From NCBI RefSeq assembly GCF_009914755.1, contig NC_060934.1: DNA of 64,000 nt, one strand, 5' to 3'. The DNA comes from the human T2T-CHM13v2.0 reference genome, Homo sapiens. The first letter of the stretch is position 1. The number at the start of each line of letters is the position of its first letter. The notes under the pieces were generated by a model that was not told the origin of the DNA, did not search any database, and was given only the letters and a program-made list of their open reading frames with translations. Of this stretch, positions 1 through 12,205 are shown one piece after another. A program made the translations under genes and the position numbers.

Positions 1-516
1 TGAGGGGTATATCAAGCTCTAGAATATTTTTTCTTCACAGGAGGTTTTTAAAGATGACCTAGATAGTTCACTTCCCTTTCTGTACAGGTGGGACTCGCAA
101 GCTCTTCTAGCGCGTGCACCAATCTGGGTTGGAGCATCACATAAACCACCTCTCAGCTCAAACTTGCCGATCCCCGCTGGCCACACAGGGAGACTAGTGA
201 CCCAAAGACCAGTGGGAGACTGTGATGGCCATGCCCAGAGTCACCCCGCTTCCATCCTGGTGGAAGTCAGTTTGCCATCTACACAACTAGAGATAGACAT
301 TCAGTTACAGCCCAGATGGTCCTCACTGTTAAAGCACTGTGCCTGAGGAACTAGATTCAAACCTCTGGCCCTGGAATATAGACATTTACACGGTGCCCAG
401 AACAATGGCAAATTGAAAATGCAGCTCATAGCACCTGTCAAAAGAAATAAGATCACATTAAAATTCTTGCCATTTCCTTTTTCTGCTAAACTAGGTAGGT
501 TAACATACAGATAGGC

Positions 517-578
517 CTCTCTCTCTCTCTCACTCTCACTTTCTCTCTCTCTTTCTCGCTCTTTCTGTCTCTCTCTTC
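517..578. repeat. (CT)n-rich polypyrimidine microsatellite
   Basis: ctctctctctctctcactctcactttctctctctctttctcgctctttctgtctctctcttc. Confidence 0.9.
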
Positions 579-1224
579 ACTCCACAGTCAGTTTTCTGGA
601 GTGTGGCCCAAAGATCCATATGTCAAAACCTGGCAGAGGAAGCTGATACCAAAACCACATTTATTCTTTTCCTTTAAAAATGGCTTGGGAAATTAGCCCC
701 TACATTTAGGGAAGTCCGAGTGAAGAAGAGGGAAGAGAGGGGAAGGCCTTACGGGGCACAGGACCCGCTCTGATTGTTGGAAGTCTCAGCCTTGGCCCAA
801 AGCCCAGCCTCTGTCCTCTGCTTAAATTGAGTGTGAGGGAACAGGATTATCTTGGTTGTAATTTTTAAAATGCTTCCAAGCATTGTATAAAAGTCAGAGA
901 GCTCTGTTGGACCTTCACACGAAACAGCATTTTCGTAAGTTAAAAAAAAATTTGGAAACAAACGACTCTACATGGCCAAACCTCATCCTAAGCCAAATGA
1001 CAAAATAAGTAGTTTGCCTTCTGTTCCCTCTGTTCTCAAACCTTCCTGCTGTCCCTACCCCTGGCACCTCAGCGGGTGCTTCTCTGTTGCTTCCCTCAGC
1101 TGCCCAATTCCCCACGTAACATGAGCTAGCATTAATTGAGCACCTGCTGTATGGTAGGCAGAGGCATAAGTGCCTTGTAAACATCACATTTTTATTCTCT
1201 CACAACTTTATGAGTTAGAAAACT

Positions 1225-2045
1225 AATGCATCTGCCCAAATATAAGGAGACCCATCTTCTCCAATGAGAAGTTCTCCCATCAACACTTTAAAAAAATCCG
1301 ATTGACTATATGAACTCAAAGATATAAATAAAACAAATATGACTTAAAAAATTTAATTCCGTTGCACATGCATATTTAAAACCACATACTATCTAAATAA
1401 TACATTAATGTAGAAATAGTGCCTTTTTCCAGTCTTACATATTACAGAATTTTATTCATCAATGTGTTCGTTATCTCTAGAGCCAATTTTAGAGTCATTC
1501 AATTCATTTTTTTACAGGACATATCACCTTCATTTCCCTCTGAATTGTTTGAGATGTGGCACACTGTCACTGGAAATTTTTTCCCAAGCTGTAAATGAAT
1601 ACACATTAATATCACATTAGGACAGATGTTTTATTTATTCATGCTATTGGTGTATATCAAGGAGTTCCACAATATAACTATTTACCTTATTGCTTTTTAA
1701 AGGAATCTTCACAGGGTTTGTTTACAATGGCCTCCAATGCTTGCATTCATGAGGTCATATTCCAAGGAATAATTGCTAAATGGGTTCAATTCATTTGCCT
1801 CCTTTCTGTTCACTGATTCTGTCAGAAAACCTCAGTAAGCACTCCAAACAAGCACTGATGGAAGTCCTTTCAGGCCAGTGTTTTTTCCTTAAACAATTCC
1901 ATGTTTGTCAAGTTAAACTAAGTGAGACAGCATCCCAAGGTTTGAAACAATTGGTAAGGATTCTTTTATTTGGAAATGCCTTCTTTTCTAAGGTAGAATT
2001 TTGGTAAAATCACTTGCACCTACGTTTTGACATACGTGATGACTT
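1225..2045 (-). mobile_element. TcMar-Tc2/pogo (Kanga-like) DNA transposon remnant with decayed DDE transposase
   Basis: Minus-strand translation from 1776 gives AIIPWNMTS*MQALEAIVNKPCEDSFKKQ*, resembling the pogo/Tc2 motif xIPGGxTSxLQPLDxxVNKPFK; downstream AWEKISSDSV and ISNNSEGNEGDM; degenerate terminal repeat atgcatctgcccaaatataagg at the left end. Confidence 0.7.
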
Positions 2046-2095
2046 TAAGTCCCTTTTACAGATGACAAAACTGAGGTTCAGATATTAAAATAACC

Positions 2096-2405
<310 letters not shown>

Positions 2406-2629
2406 AGATATTTAAATAACTTTCCTAAAATCAAAGAACTAGTGTTTGTGTGAAATGAAGCTGGGGCCAGAGGCCAGGACTGTCTTACTCTAGGGCCCAC
2501 ATGCTGAAGCCCCAGTCTGCACTGCCCATGCCACCCCAGTGTCCATCTCCTCATGTCCAATTCTGCAGCCACTTCCCTTTCCAGAACTTCAGTCAGTGCT
2601 GCTCTCAGCATCCATAACAATGTCTATTT

Positions 2630-2980
2630 CTTCTACCGACCCAGAAATTTCACTTACAGGAATGTCACTGAAAGAAATCCTCATAGATATGCAAAACAAT
2701 TTAGCACAAGGATATTCATGATAGCATTATTCTTAAGGGAAAAAACTTGGAAACAAAGTAAACGTTCCCGATAAGGGATGCATCAACTAAGGTGTAGGTA
2801 CAGGATGGAAGACAAAGCAGTCATTCACGAAATCCTAAGTGGAAAAAACGAGAGGTTGCGTAAAATAATTCTAGTTTTACTTTTTAATAAAAGTATATAT
2901 GTGTCAAAAAATAGGAAAGAAACACAACAACATATTAATGTAGTTACTCTTCAGGTGATGGAACTAAATAAGATTATTTT
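2630..2980 (+). mobile_element. Old L1 (L1ME-like) 3' fragment
   Basis: acccagaaatttcacttacaggaat...caaggatattcatgatagcattatt resembles the L1M ORF2 end/3'UTR. Confidence 0.55.
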
Positions 2981-2991
2981 CTTGTTTTTAC

Positions 2992-3288
2992 TTTATTTAT
3001 TTATTTATTTATTTGAGACAGAGTTTTGTTCTCGTTGCCCAGGCTGGTGTGATCTCGGCTCACTGCAACCTCCACCTCCCGGGTTCAAGTGAATTCTCCT
3101 GCCTCAGCCTCCCAAGTAGCTGCGATTACAGGTGCGTGCTACCACGCCTGGCTAAGTGTTGTATTTTTAGTAGAGATGGGGTTTCACTATGTTGGCCAGG
3201 TTGGTCTTGAACTCCTGACCTCAGGTGCTCTGCCTGCCTCGGCCTCCCAAAGTGCTGGGATTACAGGTGTAAGCCACTGTGCCTGGCC
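2992..3288 (-). mobile_element. Alu (AluSq/Sp-like) with small internal deletion
   Basis: (TTTA)n tail, antisense body ending gcctggcc; flanking TSD tgtttttacttt. Confidence 0.95.
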
Positions 3289-4102
3289 TGTTTTTACTTT
3301 TCTATTCCTCCTCCTCATAAAAACTGTGCCCATTTCAAAGGAATAACTTCAACAATGAGAATTTGGGAGCAAAGAAAGAGGAAGCATAGAATAGCAGGAG
3401 AAATACCTGGTGAAAATGGCGTCTTGTTTTATAAGCTGTTGCCTCCTCTACTTTTTACAAAGGTGTTGCCCTATAAAAGGATTTTCCAATTAAGGGGAAA
3501 AGATTAAGGCTGTAATCCTGGGATGTTATCAAGTCTATAATCTGTTTGGTCTCTCTATTACAACTGCCCAGGTATAAAAGCCTGTCTTGTAGAACCAACA
3601 AAGTGTGTAAACCTCTCAGCCATATGTCAGACCCTCTGTGGGGCCAAAAATCAAGCAAGCTCTTCTAGAGAATTAGCTAGTTCTCTTTTAACCCAGTCCT
3701 TGGCTTCAGGGCTGTGCTGGTGGGAAACAACAGATTTAGCAAAAACGACACATTTCCTACCCCCAGGGAGTCCAGCATGGGTTGCTGATGAAGACATGGG
3801 CACAGTGAGCAGAGAGGGAATGGGCAGTCTCAGGGGGAGGCCCAGGAGTCACAGCCAGGCACTTGCTGGTCTCTGGGAGTGATGTCCAGCACCTACAGGG
3901 CTAATAGTACCAGAATGAAAAACATAATACGAGGCCAATTTGTATTCATTGCCAGGAAGAAGCAAAGCTGCCTCTTAGAAAGTTAGCATTCCATGCCCCA
4001 GTTGCATAGTTTCTAGCTGTATTCAAAACCTGGCCTCTTTCAAGAGATCACAGTGCCCAAAGGGAACAGCCAAAAATATGCTCCCAGCCAGTACCTAAAC
4101 TG

Positions 4103-4651
4103 TGTAGTAGGCAGCCTCAAGACAGCCCCCAATGACCCCACCTCTTGGTAGTTACTCCCAGTTTAACCCCTCTCTTTCAAAGTGGGATAAACTTATGGAT
4201 TTGTTTCTAACTATTCAATAGACTATTAATTAGAAACAAATCAATACAGCAGAAGTCAAGGAGTGTCACTTCTGGGATTTGATTATAAAAAGATTTTAGT
4301 TTCTGTCTGGGGTGTGCTCTCTTTCCTTCTTTCTTGCTTTACTAACCCAGGGGAGGCCAGCTGCTATGTCATGAGGCACCTCTATGGGAGGTCCACATAG
4401 TGCTGAACGTAGGCCTACCAACAATGACAAGAATGATCTTGGAAGCAAATATCCCCCAGTTGAGCCTTCAGATGAAACTGCAGCCCCAGTCAAATGCGTC
4501 ACTACAACCTTCAGGAATGATCTTGAAGCAGAAGTGTTTTGCTAAGCTGCACCCAATTTCCCATCCACAGAAACTGAGATACTAAATGACTGTTATCTCA
4601 AGCCACTAAGTTTTGGGACAATATGTGAGGCATAAACAGATAACTAATACA
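4103..4651 (+). mobile_element. MaLR solo LTR (MLT1E/F-like)
   Basis: tgtagtaggcagcctcaagacagcccccaatgaccccacctcttggta ... aagccactaagttttggg...agataactaataca. Confidence 0.8.
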
Positions 4652-4719
4652 GACTCCAAATAAACACTTTGAAAGAGGAGTTCCAGGTGATATTAAGGAG
4701 TTTTAAAATAAGAAGTCTC

Positions 4720-4990
4720 TTTGAGTGGCTCAGGGTTTACGTGGGCCCTGGAGCCAGATTCCTGGGAGTTCATACCCCAGCTCCAACACTGATCAGGATG
4801 AACCCAGAGGCAAATTACTTAACCTCCCTGTCCCTTCATTTTTTGATGGGAAAATGGGAATAATATTGCTAGGTTTATGGGAGGAAGATCAAACGAGCAT
4901 GTGTGCACACATGTGCACACACACACACACACAATTTAAAACAGAGCCTGGCAGAGAGTAAATGCTGTATATATGCTTATTATGATGATT
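4720..4990 (+). mobile_element. MIR
   Basis: ctggagccagattcctggg...ggcaaattacttaacctccctgtcccttcatttttt...aaaatgggaataat; internal (CA)n. Confidence 0.7.
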
Positions 4991-5034
4991 ATTAAAGCAT
5001 GAGAATAGAAAAGAAGACATTAGTATCATACTAT

Positions 5035-6060
5035 GTATTTTTAAGCTTTAAAATTTTATTGCATATATTTTATTTGAACAAACTATATTTATAGAAAAGT
5101 TTCAAGAATAGAAAAACGAATGTCCAATGCCCTTATCCTAGATTCCTCAAATGTTAACATTTTATTATGTTTGTTTCAGCCTTCTCTTTCTCCTTTCCTC
5201 TCCTAGTTTATTTTCAGGTTGATTTAAAGTAAAATGTATCCATAAATACTCCAGTGTGTCTTTCCAAAGAGTGAGAAATTTCCTTACCTAACTACAGGAA
5301 ATTATCAAAATGAACATATGAACGTTGAAGCGATATTATCATCTAATCTACATATCTTGAGATTTTTGCCAATTGGACAAAAGGACATTATTAAGAATGT
5401 TCTTTACAGGAAAAGAAAATCCAAAAATCATGGGCTACATTTAGATTTCATGTCTCTTTAGTAACAGTTCTTGACTCTTTTTGGGGTACTTTATGATATT
5501 GATATTTCTGAAGAGCATAGGCCAAGCATTTTGGAGAATATGCCTCAATTTGGGGTTGTCCAGTGTTTCCTCAGAATTAGATTCAGGTTATGGCCCTTGG
5601 GCAGGAGTACACTCTGGAAATGATGGTGAGTTCTCAGGTCACTCATATCAGGTGGCCCATGCTGTTGATTCATGCCATTTCTGGCAATGTTAACTTTGAT
5701 CATTGGTTAAGGTGGTATATGCCACATATCTCTACCATAATATTAGTTTTTATCCTTTCTAACAAGAAGTGCCTTAAGGGGATATACTTTGAGACCATGT
5801 AAATATTATTTTATTCCTCAAACTTTGATCCACTATGTTAGAACCAATTATTACTATGATGGTTAGCAAATGGTATTTTTCTAATTCCATCATTCATTCT
5901 ATATTTATCTGTTAGTATTCTACTAACTATAAGGAAAAGCTTTCCCTTCTTCTCCATTCATTCATTCATTTATTCTTTCTTCATTCATTTATATCAGTGT
6001 AGACTCATGGACTCCCACCTTATTAGATAAGTTATAACCTTTTATTATACATAATTTACA
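5035..6060 (-). mobile_element. Old L1 3'UTR (L1MC-like)
   Basis: tttctgaagagcataggccaagcattttggagaatatgcctcaatttggg...gttaactttgatcattggttaaggtgg, typical of antisense L1MC4/5 3' ends. Confidence 0.7.
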
Positions 6061-7653
6061 TTAAACCCAAATATAAATCTGAATAGCTTTAAGTCAAATA
6101 GATTCTTTTGACATTTATTGACCAAGAAAAGATATATTTATGTCTAAAAGACACAGGTATATTTTCTTTTATTAGAGCAGAGATTTTGCTTATGTTAAAA
6201 ACTGTTGTTTGTTTTTGTCCATGCTCTGGTCAAGGTTAGCACCGCTGAAGACCGAGAAACTGTGTTTGTATCATTATTAATCATCCCTGCAGAATCTGAC
6301 AGTGAGAAACTCCAAGATAAATAGTGAATTCCTCTCCTATGAATTTAAGAAACCTGGTTTTATCCCCATATTTTGCCAGCAGCTTAGCAAAGAATTCCCA
6401 CGTGACTAACTTTTCATATAGGTTTTTTTGTGCAAGTGTAATTGCTATAGCAAGTGGACTGATTTCACAGGGTGGAATATGGGAAACCAACTTTTTTTTG
6501 AAAACCACTTTCTTTATATGAATTCTATCTAATTCTTTATCACTGTCCTGGACAGATCGTTATAGCTTTAGTAATTCTTTCTGGTATCAGAAGAACTTCA
6601 TTACAAAGCACCCAAAAATCCTGCTTAATAGAAATAAATGCTTCAATTGCTCATTCACTTAAAACTCTCCCCTTACCCAGCTCTGGATAAAGATTCTTCA
6701 CTGGAGTGTGGCAGTGACAGGCAGAGGGAATAGAGAACATGGTCCATTTGCTCTTCCTTCACCTTGTTCTTCTTTTCCTTCTCCCTCCTCTTATTGTTTT
6801 GCTCTTGGTTTCTCTAGGACCAAGGACGGGGTGAAGTGTTGAGTGGGGAAGCTCGCTGAGACAGCAAGAATCTTGCTTGGCAGGTAATGTTGTAATTTGG
6901 TTTATGAATCCTCTGTGGGTCAGTTGTGCAAATGCCAGCTTTCTCTCTCTCTCACAGGTCCCAGGAGAGACCTTTCGACACCTCCAGCTTGCAGTTCCCC
7001 TCTGCAGACGATACACTTTCTCACTAACCTCTCATGACTCTCCCTACGCTAGTTTCCTCTGTTGGCTTCTGTGATGCTCACTGGCTCAAGGGAAAATGCT
7101 ATGTCTTTGCCCTTAAACTCTGGAGGTACAGGCCACCCCTCCCCACCTCAGCCCTCCATTGAACTCCAATCAGCATTTCACCCCTAGACATTCTTCCAAG
7201 TAAAAATCCATGGAACATGATGGCACCTTCCTCCTACTTCAACTCCAGGAACCAAGGTCAATTTCTTCCAGAAACTCATCACTATACACCCTTAGGTGGG
7301 CCTATAGGATTTCTCCGGTTCTGTATGCATCTATTGAGGATGATATGTCAGGTTCTCTTTCTGGAAAGTAACCATACTCTCTACGAGTAATTCTTTTTAA
7401 ATGTCGTTTGCTTTGTCTGAGGTGGAAGAAGGACATCCTTCAGAAGGGAGAACACAGGACACCCTGACAACTCTCTCCAAGGAAATCTTGGCTCTTCCTC
7501 ACCAGCACAATCTCTCCTCTTATGTATTGGGCTTGAAGTGGGAGCCAGCTAATGCTGGAAGATCCAGTTTGGATCACATGTTTTCCTGTGGATACGCCTA
7601 GCACCTTTCTTTACAATGTGGGGTTCTTGCCAACTTCTTAACCTCAAATATTT

Positions 7654-7779
7654 TTAAAAGCCTAGTATTTGCAAAAGAAATGCCTTGCAAGTTGTATTAC
7701 TTCTCATCTATCATAAAAATAACAGATGAGAAGTAATACAATTTTCAAAGCATTTCTTTTGCAAATATTAGGCTTTTAA
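7654..7779. repeat. Long inverted repeat, 56-bp arms, 14-nt spacer
   Basis: 7654-7709 versus reverse complement of 7724-7779: 52/56 identical, ungapped. Confidence 0.95.
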
Positions 7780-7838
7780 TGTGCACATGTACCCTAAAAC
7801 TTAAAGTATAATAATAATAAAATCGAAAAAAAATAATA
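7780..7838 (+). mobile_element. Very short 3' terminal fragment of a young L1PA
   Basis: tgtgcacatgtaccctaaaacttaaagtataataataataaaa + A-rich tail = L1PA2-7-type 3' end. Confidence 0.9.
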
Positions 7839-8753
7839 GCCTAGGTTTTAAGGGGAAGAGTAGATAAGGTAGTAATGCAGGAAGAGCTTGTACAAATGTT
7901 CAAGAAAAATTCCTCTTTCCATAAAGTCTTCTGAGACTTGAGGGAGAATTCCAGTCAATCAATCCCAGTCCCTAAAGTCTTAACTTAATTTGCCTCCAGA
8001 CTGCTCAACTTCCTATTAAGAATGGCATCTGGCTTGTAACCCATCAAGCAAACTCTACCAGCTTTCCACTGAAATGCCTGTGGAGTAGGAGAAAAGGTTA
8101 AGAATGTGCAACCGTCTCAAAATCAGCAGTGGCTATCTGTTGGTTGCTAAAATCTGGAAGAATTTCCATTACCTGCAAAAATGATAGAAAATGCCAGCAA
8201 ATGAACTAAACCATCTGCTAAAAGGTGAAAGAAAAATCATTCCTCCCTCTCCTATTGTCTTCTTTCTCTGCTTATAAATCTGGACCAAGCTGAAAGCCAG
8301 ACAACTTCCTCTGTTGCCTCGTTGCTGCCTTCTAACATAGCCACAGTGCTACCCATATCAGCTGTCTTCCACATGTGGACAGAGTAATTCTCAGGAAAAC
8401 ATACGAGGCATGAACTAGGATAGAAACTGGTAACAGGACATTATATTAAAATATGGTATCAAAAGGGAAGACCTGTAGATGGGGACACAAGAAGAGCCCT
8501 GGTTGCACCGCATACTTGGAATTGTACATTTTAATGCACCACGATGTTCAGAGTTTCAGAGACCAATGCAGCAAGGGCAGGAGACAATCAGATGAGCACA
8601 ATTGCCCTTGCCAGATGCTGAGAATTAAGCTATGGCGGAAGACATAAACCTGCCCTCGAACTGCAGCTGTGAAAAAGAGATTAGTCCAGCCACCAGAAAA
8701 CAAGTCATTGAAAAGACTAGAAGAAAAAAATTGAGTTTAAATTTTGGTTGCCA

Positions 8754-9050
8754 GGCTGGGCGGTGGCTCATGTCTGTAATCCCAGCACACTGCGAGGCCG
8801 AGGCAGGTGGATCACTTGAGGTCAAGAGTTCAAGACCAGCCTGACCAACATGGTGAAATCCAGTCTTTGCTAAAAGTACAAAAATTAGCCGGGTGTGGTG
8901 GCCTGCACCTTTAATCTCAGCTACTCAGGAGGCTGAGGCACAAGAATCACTTGAACCGAGAATGCAGAGGTTGCAGTGAATCAAAATCACGCCACTGCAC
9001 TCCACCCTGGGTGACAAAGCAAGCCTCCATCTCAAAAAAAAAAAAAAAAA
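8754..9050 (+). mobile_element. Alu (AluS-type)
   Basis: Dimer with A tail; TSD aaattttggttgcca / aaatttgttgcca. Confidence 0.96.
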
Positions 9051-9728
9051 ATTTGTTGCCAAAAGGAAATAAAACAATTTTTTAAACTACAGAATTAATA
9101 AGCAATTTTAGTAACTGACTAGAAAAAGGACAAATGTACCAAAAACATTTATGTTCCTATCTACCAGCAAAAACTGATTTTTAAAATATAATAGGAAAAT
9201 ATTTATAATAGACGGCAATAATTGAAAAATATCTAAGAATGCATTGCTAAGAAGAAATATGTAATAGAAACCCAGATGATGAAAACTATAAAGCTTTAAT
9301 GAAAGATATAAAAGACTTACAAAAAAGAAGTTCTATACAAATTTCTCTATGGCATGACTGTAATTCAAAAAGTGACAGTTCTCCCCCAAATCATGCATTG
9401 GTAAAATGCTATTCCACTAGAAATTACAATGGACTGGACTCTAATAATTTCAAAATAATTATTTTAAAACCCATCTTGAAGAATAAGCAGAGAAAAAATG
9501 AAAAGTGATGGAAAATTTTTCTAAATTTTTCATGGCAATTATAATGTTATAAAGAATATAAGAGTGTAGTGTTGCTACAAATCTCAAAAGAGTAATAGAA
9601 TAAAATGGTCATTGAATTGGCCCTAACATACATGCTTATAAAACCTTATTATATTGTAAAGGAAATAACACAAAAAAGTGCATGAGAGAAATTATTCCAC
9701 AAACGGAATTTTTGTTAAAGTATATGTG

Positions 9729-9880
9729 GGCTGGGTGCAGTGGATCATGCCTATAATCCCAACACTTTGTGTGGCCAAGGTATAAGGATTGCTTGAGGCC
9801 AGAAGTTTGAGACCAGCCTGGGCCACACAGCGAGACTCTGTCTCTTCAAAAAATTTTTTAAAATAAAAATAAAAAATAAA
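9729..9880 (+). mobile_element. Free left Alu monomer (FLAM_C-like)
   Basis: Single monomer ggctgggtgcagtgg...gagactctgtctc + A-rich tail; TSD-like gtatatgt on both sides. Confidence 0.85.
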
Positions 9881-10074
9881 TGTATATGTAATAACATATA
9901 CATACTTACATGAAGTTTAAACATGCATGCATGTATAGAGCAATTTAAGAAAATAAAATAAATACTAGGCAGTAGGAGAAGAAAGGGATATTGTTTATTT
10001 GGGGAAAAAAATTTATAGTGTAACCAGATACCATACTCCAAAATTTACTCTAGATTTTTGAAAGTTAATTAACT

Positions 10075-10397
<323 letters not shown>

Positions 10398-10469
10398 TTA
10401 ATATATAAACTGATCTCAGTATGAACAAGGACCTTAAAAAAATAAAAGCAATGAACCAAATCACAGAGT

Positions 10470-12205
10470 ATAAGCTATGTATATGGTCAGTGGATTTTTA
10501 GCAAAGGTGTGCAAGTAATTTTTGTATTGAGTTGAATGGTATCCCCTCGAAAATGCATGTGTACCTGGTGCCTTACAATGTGATCTTATTTAAAAACTGG
10601 ATATTTGCAGGTGTAATTAGTTAAGATGAGGTCATATTGGATTTAGTGTGGGCCCTAATCCAATGACTGGTGTCCTTACAAGAAAACAGAGACACGGAAA
10701 CATACACAGAGGAAAGGCTGTCATGTGAAGATGGAAGCAGAAATTGGAGTGATGTGCCTGCAAGCCAAAGCACTGCTTAGGAGTGCCACCCGCCACCAGA
10801 AGCTAGAAGAGAAAAGAAAGCATCCAAACCTAGAGTCTTCAGAGAGCTTGGCCTTGCCAACTTGATTTCAGACTTCCAGCTTCCAGAACTGTAAGAAAAC
10901 AACTGTCTGCTGTGTAAAGCCACCCAGTTTGTGGTCATCTGCTAAAACAGCCTTTGAAAACTAATACAAGGTGCAATGGAGAAAGGAAATCTTTTTTATA
11001 TATGCTGCTAATATTGGATAGCCAGACACAAAGGTAAAACTTGACTATTATCTTACACTATATATAAAAATTAACTCAAAACGTGTCATATTCTGGAACA
11101 CTTTTAGAATACAATGAAGATAAAAATCTTAGTGACCTTGGGTTTGGAAAAGATTTCTAAAATAGGACACAAGAGCACAGACACTAAAAAAAGAAATACA
11201 TTTTACTTCAAAAAATATAGAACTTATACTCTTCAAAAAAGAAGAGTATTATATTACATAATATTATTTATTATATTACATAATAAAAGGCAAGTCACAG
11301 ACTGGGAGAAAATATTTATAAAATGTATATTTGATAAAGGGGTTTTAACTAAAAAAAAAAAGAACTCTCAAAATTATATAATAAGACAAACAACCCAAAC
11401 AAAAAAATGAACAGATGATTTTAACAGACATTTCATCAAAGCAGATACAAGGATGGCAAATAAGCACATGAAAAAATCCTCAGCACCACGCATTATTAGG
11501 AAAAAGCAAATTAAATTCACAATGAAATACTACCACACATCTATCCGAATTGTTAAAGTTGAACAAACTGATCATACCTAGCGTTGGTGATTATGTGGAG
11601 AAACTGGAACGCTCATGCACCACAGGTGAAAATGTAAAATGGTACAGTAACATTGGAAAACAGTTGGGTAGATGACCCAATCATTTTATACCTAGGTATT
11701 TACTTAAAAATGAAAGCTCATGTTCACACAAAGACTTGAGCAGAAACGTTCATAGTTGTTTTATTTGTGATAGCCAAAAATCAGAAAACAACTCAAATTT
11801 CCACCAATGGTTGAACAGATAAACAAAACCATGCAAGGAAATACTACTTAGCCATAAAAATAAATATTGACACATGTGACAATATGGATGAATTTCAAAA
11901 TAATTATGCTGAATGAAAGAAGTCAGCAAAAAAGAGTACATGTTGCATGAATCTATTCATAAAAATATTAAGTAGTGGAAACTACTGTATAAAATCAGAA
12001 ATCAGATCAGCAGTTACTGGGGATGGTGAGGGGTGTGAGGGAGGGATTACAAAGGGGGCAAAAGGAAATTTCTTGGAACAAGGGATATGTTCACTTTTAT
12101 TATTATAGTGATGGTCTAATACATATGCCAAAACTCTTCAAAAACTGTATACTTTAAAAATGTTCAGTTTACTATACATTAATTATGCCTTGACAAACCT
12201 GTAAA
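10470..12205 (+). mobile_element. Old L1 (L1MC/MD/ME-like) ORF2 end and 3'UTR, interrupted by MLT1
   Basis: aaaaggcaagtcacagactgggagaaaatattt, aacagacatttcatcaaag, gtgaaaatgtaaaatggtacag, atatggatgaatttcaaaataattatgctgaatgaaagaag. Confidence 0.85.
10523..10968 (+). mobile_element. MaLR solo LTR (MLT1B/C-like)
   Basis: tgtattgagttgaatggtatcccc...gttaagatgaggtcatattgga...gacttccagcttccagaactgtaaga...aaactaataca. Confidence 0.88.

Noticed and set aside
4899-4932. catgtgtgcacacatg palindrome
   Set aside because: By-product of alternating purine-pyrimidine (CA/TG) low-complexity sequence
6281-6508. Protein-looking 75-aa minus-strand ORF
   Set aside because: No ATG start, recognisable family or convincing splice boundaries
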